DNA of 64,000 bases from Mobula hypostoma (taxonomy: Eukaryota): contig NC_086101.1 of assembly GCF_963921235.1 (NCBI RefSeq), forward strand, positions 31,806,001-31,870,000, written 5' to 3'. Made by a program: the position numbers and the translations under genes. A model generated the notes under the pieces. It searched no databases, was not told the DNA's origin, and saw only the letters and a list, made by a program, of their open reading frames with translations. Positions 1 to 10,530 of the stretch are shown here, piece after piece; the first letter of the stretch is position 1; each line of letters opens with the position of its first letter.

Positions 1-1629
1 AGCCTGATGGCTGGTGTCGATGATGTGCTGTTCTTTCTCCAGAATCTCTGACCACGACAGACCAGTTCTATCCTACATCTTTCCAACAACTCCGCATTGC
101 AATGTCGGCCGACCCAAAACCTGCGGCTGAGAAACAATCCCCATCAGTGACTGGGTCAGAGCTGTACGTGCCAGGAACACTCAGCAGATCGGTCAGCATC
201 TGCAGAAAGAGAAACAGTTGATGGTTCTGGTGCAAGACCTTTGTCAGATCGGACGCTAGTTGGAGATCCTCAATGTGTGGAAAGTTGTGGGGAGGGATGT
301 CGTGTAAAATTGTGTTCCGTCACGGAGCGTGGTAAAACTCCTCGGGGTATATCAATATATAAATATGGCTTGGAGCAAATTGCGTTTTGAGACTCTGGGG
401 AACCCGAACAGAGGCGGTGGATGAGCGATGATCAGATTTAAGGCCAATTGGCCTGATTCTCTACGCCTCGTATTTACAGTCCCTCCACCTCAGTCCACCC
501 TCCTCTCTATTTTTTATTCATTTAGAACTATAACCCATCTGCCTTTACCCCCTAACTCCCTAATATTCCCCCTCCCTCCAACCCTTCCCCTCCCCTAGCT
601 TAACCTGTCGGTAATCCTTAACCTCTCCTCAGTTCACCACTTACTTCGCCTCAACCCTCCCCTTCTCTTCTTTATACTGGAGATTTTCGCTCTTCACTCG
701 GTCCTGATGCCGGCCTGATCCTGAAGGTCTACAAATTGCTGAACAATCACCCATTCCCCCCCCCCGCCCCCACCTGTACTGCTCAATCCGAATCCGAATC
801 GGAATTAGAATCAAATGCAAGTTTAATATCACTGGTATATGTCATCAAATGCCTTGTTTTGCGACAGCAGTACGGTGCAATACTTTATAAAAACTATGAA
901 TTACTTTAAAGAATACAGATTGTGGGATGATGCTGCGGATATACGGGACGGATTTGATTGGGGCAGAGTGGGATAGGGTGGGGGGGGGGATCTCTCGCCG
1001 CCGGCCAGGCGGAGTCTTTGCGCCTGTTGGTGAGGCGTGGGGATGAGGGATACCGCCGGATACCGCTGGGCAGTGTGCTCCGGAAACCCCTACCCCATTG
1101 TGCCCATTGAGTCGTTCTGCGGTTTCTGCAGCACATTGCGTGCTGACCTCTGCCTTCTGGTCAAAGGTGTTGGCGAGGATAGCGAACATTGTGCCAAAGA
1201 CCAAAAAAAAACATAGAACGCTGGGTTAATTCAGCAGGTCAGTCCGTTGACCTCAACTAGGCCTAAAAACGTCCCACTCCCCACGTGGTCAAAATAAAAC
1301 TAAATAACGTGGTCTAAAATACCCTAACCATCGAAGTGGCGCGTCTTTCATTATCTTGGTCCATGGGGAGAAAACACATGCCGGGTGATCGACCCTGGCT
1401 CGGTCGCCTGGGCGAGCGTGCCTAATGTTCGAAGACCCGAGGCTGCTACCAGGATAATGGAGCCAAGTGGTTTTGGGCCAGGTTAATGAAAGACGTGGTG
1501 CAGGTCGAAGTGCCAGGGTTAAGTGACACAGAATTGCCTGTAATTAGATCTCAGTCCGTTCTTCAGCATTTGAGAACACGAAACACAGTTTACTTCTAAA
1601 AACCACGTTCTATTTTTTGTTTACAAGGT

Positions 1630-1757
1630 CAGCGGAGAGCGCGAACGCAGTCCCCCACTACCACAAATTCCGCAGTCGAGTATCCCGCATTTGGGGACAT
1701 CGCAGGCGTCAGCACACCCGGAGTGCAATGGGATAGCCTCGTCCTGGAACCTCGGCC
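1630..1757 (-). pseudogene. RNU1: U1 snRNA 3' portion (nt 37 to end), interrupted by Tx1 insertion
   Basis: Reverse complement reads GGCCGAGGTTCCAGGACGAGGCTATCCCATTGCACTCC...AATTTGTGGTAGTGGGGGACTGCGTTCGCGCTCTCCGCTG. It is identical to nt 37-163 of the intact copy at 21411 except for a 1-nt indel. U1A loop, SL3, Sm site and SL4 are present. The retroelement poly(A) abuts it directly. Confidence 0.96.
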
Positions 1758-2133
1758 TTTTTTTCCAAAAATACTTTATTCAGAAATATTACAAAATAAA
1801 AATAATTACATACAAGAAAAGAAAACCATTCGTTGACTGTAAGTCCTTATTCAATACAGTTATTAACAATAAAATTTTGCGTTGACTCTCTGTTCATTTA
1901 CAAATGAAAGATGTTTACAGTAAATCATGCGTTTACTCTCAACCCTTGGTCAAGAGTTAAAACTTATTAACAATCAAAATTTTCAACAATAAAGGCAGGC
2001 AATGGCTGTAATATTTTCCCAAATTAACAATTCCACCCACTCCTTGGGCACCATGCTGATTATCTGTCCACACCGCTGATGAGGGTAGGTCTCCTCCCCA
2101 CCCAACCTCTCCCCCTCCTACGGGTGATGAACG

Positions 2134-5100
2134 TTAAACTGTGGTCCTTCCCCACCGGGCCCTTGCGGTGGCTGCACCGAGTTTCAGTGCGTCCCTCAGC
2201 ACGTACTCCTGCAGCCGAGAATGTGCCAGTCGGCAGCATTCTCCCACGGACATCTCCATGTGCTGGTAGATCATCAAGTTTCGGGCCGACCAAAGAGCGT
2301 CTTTCACCGAGTTGATGATCTGCCAGCAGCACCGGATGTTTGTCTCCGTGTGCTTCCCCGGGTACCGCCCGTAGATCAGAGAGTCCTCTGTTACGCAGCT
2401 GCTGGGCACGAATCTTAGTACTGTCCCTTCCATTCTCTTCCACACCTTCTTTGCGAACCCACAGTGTGCAAAGAGGTGGGTCACAGACTCCACCCCATTA
2501 CATTCCTCCCGTGGGCAGTGGGGTGCGGAGACGACGTTCCGGGCGTACAGGAGGGCTCTGACTGGGAGGGCCCCTCTCACCGCCAGCCAGGCGAGGTCTT
2601 GGTGCCTGTTGGTGAGATCTGGCGATGAGGCATTTTGCCAGATGAACTGGACGGTCTGCTCAGGGAACCACCCCACTGTGTCCATCTCGTCCTTCTCCTG
2701 CAGTGCCTGCAGGACATTACATGCCGACCACTGTCTAATTGCCCTGTGGTCAAATGCGTTGGTCTTGAAGAATTTTTCTACGAAGGACAGGTAAGGGGGC
2801 AACGACCAGCTGACAGCGGTGTTACGCGGGAAAGAAGCCAGACCCATCCTTCGTAGCCAGGGCGACAGGTAAAACCTAGGCACATAGTAGTACTTTGTGC
2901 CCACGTATCTGGGATCCACGCACAACCTGATGCAGCCACACACGAAGCTGGCCATCAGGGTGAGGGCGAAGTTCTTGCCCCCATTGTCCAGGGACTTGTG
3001 CATGGCGGTCCGTCTCACCCGCTCCATCTTGGATCCCCAGACGAATCTGAAGACAGCCCGGGTGATTTCCGAGCTGTAGGAGCGGGGGACGGGCCACACC
3101 TGCGCCAAGTACAGCAGCCCTGAGAGCACCTCACACCTGATGACCAGGTTCTTGCCCGTTATCAACAGGGAGCGCCCTCCCCACAGTCCCAGTTTCTGTT
3201 TCACCTTGGCAGTCCGCTCCTGCCAGTTCTTGTTGATCGCCTCAGTCCCTCCGAACCAGATCCCCAACACCTTCACGTGGTCAGATCTGATGGTGAAGGG
3301 GACGCTGGATCGGTCGGGCCAGTTGCCGAAGAGCATGGCTTCGCTCTTCGTGCGGTTGACCCTGGCCCCCGACGCTAGCTCGAACTGTTCGCAGATGCCA
3401 ATCAACCTGCGAACTGACCTCGGATCAGAGCAGAAGACGGTGACGTCATCCATGTACAGGGAGGTTTTCACTTGGGTCCCTCCACTGCCTGGCAGCGTCA
3501 CCCGTCTTATGCCCTCATCCCTCCTGATGGCTTCTGCAAAGGGTTCTATGCAGCAGACAAACAAGACAGGGGAGAGGGGACAGCCCTGCCTGACTCCAGA
3601 CCTGATGGGGAAGCTGTCTGTTTCCCACCCGTTGACCTGGACTGCACTACGGATGTCTGTGTAGAGCAGTCTGATCCAATTCCGGATTCCCTCCCCAAAT
3701 CCCATTTTGGAGAGCACGTCCGCCATGTACGAGTGCGATATCCTGTCGAAGGCTTTCTCCTGGTCCAAGCTGACCAGGCAGGCGTCCACCCCCCTGTCCT
3801 GCACGTAGGCGATGGTGTCCCTCAGCAGCGTGAGGCTGTCTGAGATCTTCCTGCCTGGTACAGCACAGGTTTGGTCTGGGTGGATCACCTGTCCCAGAGC
3901 AGACTTGACCCTGTTGGCGATAGCCTTGGACAGGATCTTGTAATCCATATTCAGGAGAGAGATGGGTCTGCAATTCCAAATGTCCTCCCTTTCCCCCTTC
4001 TGCTTGTAGATGAGGGTGATGATGCCCCTCCTCATGGACTCAGACATACTGCCGGCCAGAAGCATAGCGTTGTACACTTCCAGCAGGTCTGGGCCCATCC
4101 AGTTCCACAGAGCCGAGTACAACTCAGCCGGTAAGCCGTCGCTTCCGGGAGTCTTACCCGACCCAAAGGAACGGATGGAGCCTGTCAGCTCGTCCAGGGT
4201 CAGTGGCTGATCCAGACTCTCCCGCTTGCCGTCGTCTAAGACCTGCGTGATAGACGACAGGAAGTTGCGGGAGGCTGTGGATTCTGTGGCCTTTTCGTCG
4301 TACAGACCGGCATAGAAGGACTTGCAGATCCTCAGTATGTCGGTCTGCGAGGACGCGACTGAGCCGTCCTCTTCCTTAAGGTTGTGGATCACAGAGCTCC
4401 CCCTGTGCACCTTTTGGAAGAAGAAGCGTGAGCACGTCTCGTCCTGCTCCACGGTTTGGACCCTTGATCGGAAGATGATCTTGGAGGATTCGGCGGCGAG
4501 GTTATGGGCTTGCCGGCCCCTTCACCTCTCGCAATTCCTCCCTGACATCCACCCCCTTCGACTGCAGGAGGAGAAGTTGCTGCAACTCTGTCTGGAGTTT
4601 ACGCAGTTCCCTCTGCTCCTGCCTTGCCTTCTGGATACCCTTGCGAATGAAGAACCTCTTAATGTTCTCCCTGGTGGCTTCCCACCAGTGAACCGGGGAA
4701 TCAAAGACGGCTTTCAAGGTTCTCCAACCTGTGTACTCCCTCTCTAGTTCCTCGATGTTCTCTGGGGTCAGCAGCTTAACATTCAGCTTCCAAGTCCCCC
4801 TGCCTGCCTTCTGGTCCTCCCGTAAGCGACAGGTGGCTCTCAGAAGGCAGTGGTCAGAGAAAGACACCGGCGTGACGTCGGTGGACCTGACCGTGAGGGA
4901 CTCAGACAGGAAGAGGAAGTCGATCCGGGAGCGGGCTGAGCCGTCCGATCATGTCCAGGTGGCTTGCGGCTGTGCTCCACCTGTGGGGGTGCCAAAGGCA
5001 TCGCGCAGCTTGGCAGTCTTTACTATTTCCCTCAGGAGTCTGGAGGTACTGTCCAGCCTGCCGGGCCCTCCAGCCGCATCAATGGTGCAGTTGAAGTCTC

Positions 5101-5516
5101 CGGCCAGAACGACCGGCTGGGACGTCACCAGCAGCTGTGGGAGCCGCTCGAGGTCGGCCAGCCGCTCGCTCCGCACGGGGTAGGCGGACACGTTGATCAG
5201 CCGGAGCGGAGTGCCCCGGTATTTGACGTCTGCTACCAGGAGGCGCCCCGCAACCACCTCTTTAACTTGGGTGATTGAGAAGTTGCCTCCCCGCAGCAGA
5301 ACCCCCAGGCCAGAAGCGCGACCATCGTTGCCCCCCGACCACACCGACAAACCCTGGGACCACCACCGTGACCACCGTCGATAACTCCTGAGGTGCGGCA
5401 GACCGCACTCCTGCAGGAAGGTCACGTCGGCGTTCACGGTGTTCAAGTACCGAAGCGCGCTGACGCAACGTCCAGTACTTTTCACGAACGTTTAAGGACG
5501 CCATTTTAAGGTCCAT
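2134..5516 (-). pseudogene. Tx1 ORF2 (AP endonuclease, reverse transcriptase, C-terminal CCHC), disrupted
   Basis: ORF pieces 5516 (MDLKMASLNV), 4949-5485 (FLQE, GDFN), 4502-4867 (SDH) and 2134-4452 (PGSDG, QGCPLSP, YMDD, CPREEC..HLFAHC). Frameshifts near 5485 and 4500 and an in-frame TGA at 4949. Confidence 0.93.
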
Positions 5517-5523
5517 CACCTTT

Positions 5524-7185
5524 TTATAAATCCTCGTTCTCTTCTTCCCCGTCTGGAGGCCTCATACCCACAGTCTTGGTGAAGTCTTCCACCTGCTGAG
5601 GGTTCAGGTACTGCTGGTACTCCCCGCCAGGGAGGGGCGCCACCGGTTCGGCACCAAATGGAACCTCCGGGGGCGCCCCTCCATCTGGCCGCAGACCACC
5701 AGAAGTAATACTGCTCCCGGATTCCCGGACCTGAGAGACTCTGCTGATCCCCCCATCCTGCGACTGGGGGGTGGCTAGCAGACCTTCACTCTTCCCCTGA
5801 CTCTCCTCTGCCCGATTAACCCGCCTCTTCCTCTGTCGGGGTTTCTGGCCACCCCCACCGCCCTCCTCCTCCGAGGAAGACAGGTGCTCAGAGGACGAGT
5901 GATGCTCAACCTCTCTCTTTTTAGAGCTCCCCAATTTGTCCGCCCTTTGTCTTTTTGGCGGCATCTTTAGGGTCTTTTTCCGTTTCGTGACCACCCTCCA
6001 CTTTTCCTCTTCCCCCTCGGCCCTCCCCTCTTCCATTGACTCCTCCTCATCAAGCGGGGGGTCTTGGGTGTCCTGCAAGGTGGAGGGGGCGCTCAGGGTG
6101 GGCTCTTGTCCCTCCATCGCAACCTGCGTCTCCTCTACAGAGACGGCGGGCACTTCCACTCCAGCTGGGGCTATCCCGATGTCATCACTACCCCTGGCCA
6201 CCTGTGCATAGGAGCCCACCCGTTTCGGACAGGTCCTATAAAGGTGGCCCGCCTGCCCACAGAGGTTGCAGGATTTGGCCTCCGTACAGTCTTTGGTAAG
6301 GTGACCCTCCACCTTGCAGTTTCTGCACACCACAGCCTTACACTGGGCCGCGATGTGCCCTGCCTTGCCGCAGTTTCGGCACAGTTTCTGTTGCCCGGCG
6401 TAAACCAGGTAGCCCCGGTTCCCTCCGATCGCAAAGACTGAGGGTGGGTGGATGACAAAGCCATTGGTGTCCGTCCTTAACTTAACCCTGACCTGCCGTT
6501 TAGATGTCCAAACCCCCAGAATGTCGTCAACGTCCTCACACCCCCACACTCTCTCTGCATAACGTGCTAGGAAAGTGGGAACGTCGACGACAGGTACATA
6601 GGGATTAAACATGTGTACCGTAACTGTTCTCTCCTGCGACCCCTCGGCAAAGAGAGGTTGCACTTTAAATAGCGACAGCGGCGCCTCGCTCCCCTTCTTG
6701 GAGAAACACTGGCGCATTTTCCGCCACCCCTCGGCACGCCGGAAGGTGACATCATAGTAACTCGGGAAATCCTGCACACAGTACAGATCATCTACCTTAA
6801 AGCCGCAGCAATCGAAAAGCACCTTACGAATGAAGGTAATCCGATTGAAGCCGTTGCCATCCTTCAGATCCTTGACAGTCATTCGCACAGTGTTCTTGAT
6901 ACCAGCTCCACGAGCGGAAGGGCTTGTCTCCCCCGACTTCCTTCTCGGTGCGCTGGACTCCCCAGCTCTCTTCGTCGATTCGCTGCTCTCCGCAGCTCTC
7001 TTCCCCGAATCGGGGTTCTCCTCAGCTCTTTCCCCGGAATCGGGGTTCTTTTCAGCTCTCTTCCCCGATTCACTGGTCTCCGCAACTCTCTGCACCGATT
7101 GGCTGGACTTTCCAGCCGCCTTCTTCGCTACTACTCCGGATTCTTCAGTCTGAACCATTGATGCTTTGGACGCTACAGCTCTCAT
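5524..7185 (-). CDS. Tx1 ORF1 gag-like RNA-binding protein, 553 aa, intact
   Basis: Open ORF from a true ATG. Three CX2CX4HX4C knuckles (CRNCGKAGHIAAQC, CRNCKVEGHLTKDC, CNLCGQAGHLYRTC), an RRM-like region and a basic/acidic C-terminus. It ends 7 nt before the ORF2 ATG. Confidence 0.93.
   Translation of the reverse strand: MRAVASKASMVQTEESGVVAKKAAGKSSQSVQRVAETSESGKRAEKNPDSGERAEENPDSGKRAAESSESTKRAGESSAPRRKSGETSPSARGAGIKNTVRMTVKDLKDGNGFNRITFIRKVLFDCCGFKVDDLYCVQDFPSYYDVTFRRAEGWRKMRQCFSKKGSEAPLSLFKVQPLFAEGSQERTVTVHMFNPYVPVVDVPTFLARYAERVWGCEDVDDILGVWTSKRQVRVKLRTDTNGFVIHPPSVFAIGGNRGYLVYAGQQKLCRNCGKAGHIAAQCKAVVCRNCKVEGHLTKDCTEAKSCNLCGQAGHLYRTCPKRVGSYAQVARGSDDIGIAPAGVEVPAVSVEETQVAMEGQEPTLSAPSTLQDTQDPPLDEEESMEEGRAEGEEEKWRVVTKRKKTLKMPPKRQRADKLGSSKKREVEHHSSSEHLSSSEEEGGGGGQKPRQRKRRVNRAEESQGKSEGLLATPQSQDGGISRVSQVRESGSSITSGGLRPDGGAPPEVPFGAEPVAPLPGGEYQQYLNPQQVEDFTKTVGMRPPDGEEENEDL
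6960..7140 (-). repeat. 30-bp coding tandem repeat in ORF1 N-terminus (5-6 copies)
   Basis: cagctctc or variants at 6963, 6993, 7023, 7053, 7083 and 7113; encodes SGKRAEKNPD/SGERAEENPD/SGKRAAESSE units. Confidence 0.9.
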
Positions 7186-7395
7186 CTCCGATCCACTGCC
7201 GCCCTCAGCCCTCAGCCCTCTCCTTTAAATCGCTGGTCTTCCCAGCACTGCTTCCCGATGTACTGGTCTTACCAGCCATCCAACTTCTTGCTCAGGCACC
7301 GCACGTTCGGCAGTGCCCTCACCGCCCGATCCTCTCTCCGCGAAGGATCTCTCCGTTCCGAGAACGGCAGAGACCGCTACGTTCTTAGAAGAACG

Positions 7396-7445
7396 ATGGG
7401 ATAGTCTCGTCCTGGGAGAACAGCCTTCGCGATCACCGTCTCCCC
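7396..7445 (-). other. U1 snRNA-derived head (stem-loop I plus start of SL2) at the 5' end of Tx1 copy A
   Basis: Minus strand reads GGGGAGACGGTGATCGCGAAGGCTGTTCTCCCAGGACGAGACTATCCCAT, which aligns to U1 nt about 15-66. It folds as GGGAGA-CGGT[GATCGCGAAG]GCTG-T-TCTCCC. Confidence 0.88.
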
Positions 7446-7462
7446 GTCCTGGAACCTCGGTC
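7446..7462 (-). repeat. Target-site duplication of copy A (U1 nt 37-53)
   Basis: GACCGAGGTTCCAGGAC matches GGCCGAGGTTCCAGGAC at 1757-1741 with one mismatch. Confidence 0.9.
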
Positions 7463-7589
7463 TTTTTTTTCAAAAATACTTTATTCAGAAATATTACAAA
7501 ATAAAAAGAATTACATACAAGAAAAGAAAACCATTCGTTGACTGTAAGTCCTTATTCAATACAGTTATTAACAATAAAAATTTTGCGTT
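7463..7589 (-). mobile_element. Tx1 copy B, severely 5'-truncated (about 125 bp of 3' end plus poly A)
   Basis: Near-identical to the copy A 3' terminus (1765-1885). Preceded on the minus strand by a second U1 TSD, GGCCGAGGTT(C), at 7590-7600. Confidence 0.9.
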
Positions 7590-7600
7590 GAACCTCGGCC

Positions 7601-8008
7601 TTTTTTATCCAAAAAATATTTTATTCAGAAATATTACAAAATAAAAATAATTACATACAAGAAAAGAAAACCATTCGTTCACTGTGAGTCCTTATTCAAT
7701 AGTTATTAACAATAAAAATTTTGCATTGACTCTCTGTTCATTTACAAATGAAAGATGTTTACAGTAAATCATGCGTTTACTCTCAACCCTTGGTCAAGAG
7801 TTAAGACTTATAACAATAAAAATTTTCAACAATAAAGGCAGGCAATGGCTGTAATACTTTCCCAAATTAACAATTCCACCCACTCCTTGGGCACCATGCT
7901 GATTATCTGTCCACACCGCTGATGAGGGTAGGTCTCCTCCCCACCCAACCTCTCCCCCTCCTACGGGTGATGAACGTTAAACTGTGGTCCCTCCCCACTG
8001 GGCCTTGC
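7601..8008 (-). mobile_element. Tx1 copy C, 5'-truncated (3'UTR plus end of ORF2)
   Basis: Near-identical to 1758-2165. Its poly(A) is followed by U1 nt 37-47. Homology stops at about 8008. Confidence 0.9.
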
Positions 8009-8484
8009 ATATGTTTGAGTTCCTTAATTGTCATGGAGGTGTTAAAAGTCAGACGAACTTCAAGCTGACAGCCGATTTATTTTGATAGTAGTAAAGACAA
8101 TTGTCCCTTAGTTTCACAAGCTTCCATTATGCCTGTCTCACCTGTCTTCTCCGTCCTCGTTGTGTAAAGGGAGACTATGCTTTAGGAAGTCCTATCTGTA
8201 AAAGTCTCATTACAGATGCCTCACTTGTCTGGCCTGAGCTCACACTGCCTCAGTCACCCAGGCCTATCTTGCCTGTAGTAAGCAGAGGTATCTCCGACAG
8301 TCTCACTTAACTATAGCCGCCCCAGACTGTCCTTGCCTGGATGTTGCTTTCGGTCTCACCTTACCACAACGTTCACACTGAATAGTAGGCATCTTTGCTC
8401 CTGGATAAATTCACTCAATGGTAGGGAGGGATTTGGCTCACAGGACCTGCTCTGCAATGTTCCCTCCAATTTCTAATGACCAGT

Positions 8485-10205
8485 TAGTCAGTAGGAAGTC
8501 TATCCGGGGGAGCGGGCTGAGTCGTCCGATCGTGACCAGGTGGCTTGTGGCTGCGCTCCAACTGTGGGGGTGCCAAAGGCGTCGCGCAGCTTGGCTGTCT
8601 TCACCGTTTCCCTCAGGAGTCTAGAGGTACTATCCAGCCTGCCAGTTCGTCCAGCCTGCCGGTTCGTCCAGCCGCATCAATGAAGTCTCCGGCCAGAGCG
8701 ACCGGCCGGGACGGTCAACAGCAGCTGTGGGAGCCGCTCGAGGTCGGCCGGCCGCTCGCTCCGCACGGGGGAGGCGGACACGTTGATCAGCCGGAGCGGA
8801 GTGCCCCGGTATTTGACGTCTGCTCCCAGGAGGGAGCCCCGCAACCACCTCCTTAACTTGGGTGATTGAGAGGCTGCCTCCCCGCAGCAGAATCCCCAGG
8901 TCGGAGGCCCGACAATCATTGTCCCCCGACCACACCGACAAACCCTGGGACCACCTCCGGTAGTTGCCGCACTGTTGGAGGAAGCTGACGTCGGCATTCA
9001 GTGTTCAAGTACTGGAGCGCGCTGACGCAAATGAGAACGTTTAAGGACGTTAGCTTAAGGTCGTCAACCTTTACAGATCCTCGTCCTCCCCCTCGCAGTC
9101 CTGAGCCCTCATGCCCACGGCCTTGGTGAAGTCTTTCCACCTGCTGTGGGTTCAGGTACTGTGGGGAGGCAGTGCCGGCTCTGAACGTGGAGGGTCTCCC
9201 GGGGCTGCCTCTCCTTCTGGCTGCAGGCCGCCAGATGCGCTACTGCTCCCGGTTTCCCGGAGCGGAGCTGAGGGGCTCTGCTGATCTCCATCTCCTGTAT
9301 TTCGGGAGTGGCAGGCAGACTTTCACCGTTCTCTCGACTCTTGCCCACCTCTTCCTCTGCCGCCCACCGCCTTCCTCCTCCGAGTTGGACAGGTGACCAA
9401 AGGATGCTTTTAGATTCCACTGCCGTTTCTCCGTCGGCTGCCTTTTTGGCGGAGCCTTCTGGGCCATTTTGCGGTTAGCAACCACGTTCCATGCTCTTTC
9501 TTCCCCCATCAGTCCCCCCCCCCCATGACCCCTCCTCGTCAAGCAGTGGGTCCCGGGTGTTCTGCAAGGGCGGGGGGCTCAGGGTGGATGCGTCTTCCTC
9601 CGTTGTTTCTGGAGGCGCCTCTTCAGAGGTGACGGGAACCTCCAAACCCGCCGGAGCCTCTTCGATGTCATCACCTCCCCTGGACACCTGTACGTAGGAT
9701 CCCGCACGTTTCGGACAGGCCCTGTACAGGTGGCCCGCCTGCCCGCAGAGGTTGCAGGACCTGGCCTGCGTACAGTCCTTGGCGAGGTTCTTACACACCA
9801 CAGCCTTGCACTGGGATGCGATGTGCCCCGCCTTGCCGCAGTTGCGGCACACCTTGGATTGCCCGGAGTAAACCAGGAAGCCCTGGTTGCCTCCGATTGC
9901 GAGGACTGAGGCTGGGTGGATGTCAGCCGCTGGCATCCACCCTCAGCTTCACCCTGACCTGCCTTTCGCTGCTCCATATTCCTGGATTGTCGTTGACATC
10001 CACACTTTTGCCCACATACCGCGCCAGGAATGTGAGGACGTGAACGACTGGTACATAGGGGTTGAACATTTGTACCGTTACCGTTCCTTCTTGCTGCGTT
10101 GCGTCGGCGAAGAGGGGCTGTGCGACAGCGGCGCCTCGCGTAAATATTGTAATTTCTGCCGGCCTGCGGCATGCGACGTCACTGTAACCGGCGAAATCCT
10201 CCGCC
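8485..10205 (-). mobile_element. Degraded Tx1 copy E (part of ORF1 plus endonuclease region of ORF2)
   Basis: ORF pieces 9475-9936 (CRNCGKAGHIASQC, CNLCGQAGHLYRAC), 9923-10219 and 8677-8997 parallel copy A ORF1/ORF2 with many frameshifts. Confidence 0.9.
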
Positions 10206-10304
10206 TTGACCCACAGCAATCCATTATGAAGGGTCTCGGCCCGAAACGTCGACTCTTCCCGTAGATGCTGCCCGGCCTGCTGCCTTCCACCAGCACATTG
10301 TGTA

Positions 10305-10530
10305 CCAAGGCCGTTGGGGAAGGACCAGTTTAGGGTTCGTCACCCGCGGCAGTGGGAGGGGTCGGGCGGTGAGGAGTATACCGCTCATCAGCGGTGTGCA
10401 TAGATGAATCAACATAGTGCCACAGGAGTGGCTGGAAAGGTATAGACGGTAAAGGAATGCGAATCAACGCCTGGTTGTATTGTAAATAGGTTGTATTCCT
10501 GACTAGGGTTTGAGAATCAAGGGATAATTT
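10305..10530 (+). mobile_element. Tx1-family 3' fragment, opposite orientation
   Basis: aaggccgttggggaaggacc...catcagcggtgtgcatagatgaatcaacatagtgcc resembles the ORF2 end and 3'UTR of copy A. Confidence 0.6.

Larger units (their letters stand above)
1758..7445 (-). mobile_element. Full-length Tx1-clade (L1 group) non-LTR retrotransposon, copy A
   Basis: Contains 5'UTR, ORF1 with three CCHC knuckles, ORF2 APE-RT-CCHC, a 3'UTR of about 370 bp, AATAAA (1775-1780) and a short poly(A) (1758-1764). Flanked by a 17-18 bp direct repeat G(G/A)CCGAGGTTCCAGGAC(G). Confidence 0.95.

Noticed and set aside
1210-1620. GC-rich stretch with several ACGTGG motifs downstream of the broken U1
   Set aside because: No match by eye to U2, U4, U5, U6, U11, U12, tRNA or snoRNA boxes; function cannot be supported.
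2060-6464. Numerous 60-170 aa ORFs overlapping the Tx1 element on both strands
   Set aside because: These are shadow frames of GC-rich ORF1/ORF2 with no independent motifs.
8029-8368. TGTCA...ACA segment suggesting a short solo LTR
   Set aside because: No matching TSD and no second copy in the window; unsupported.
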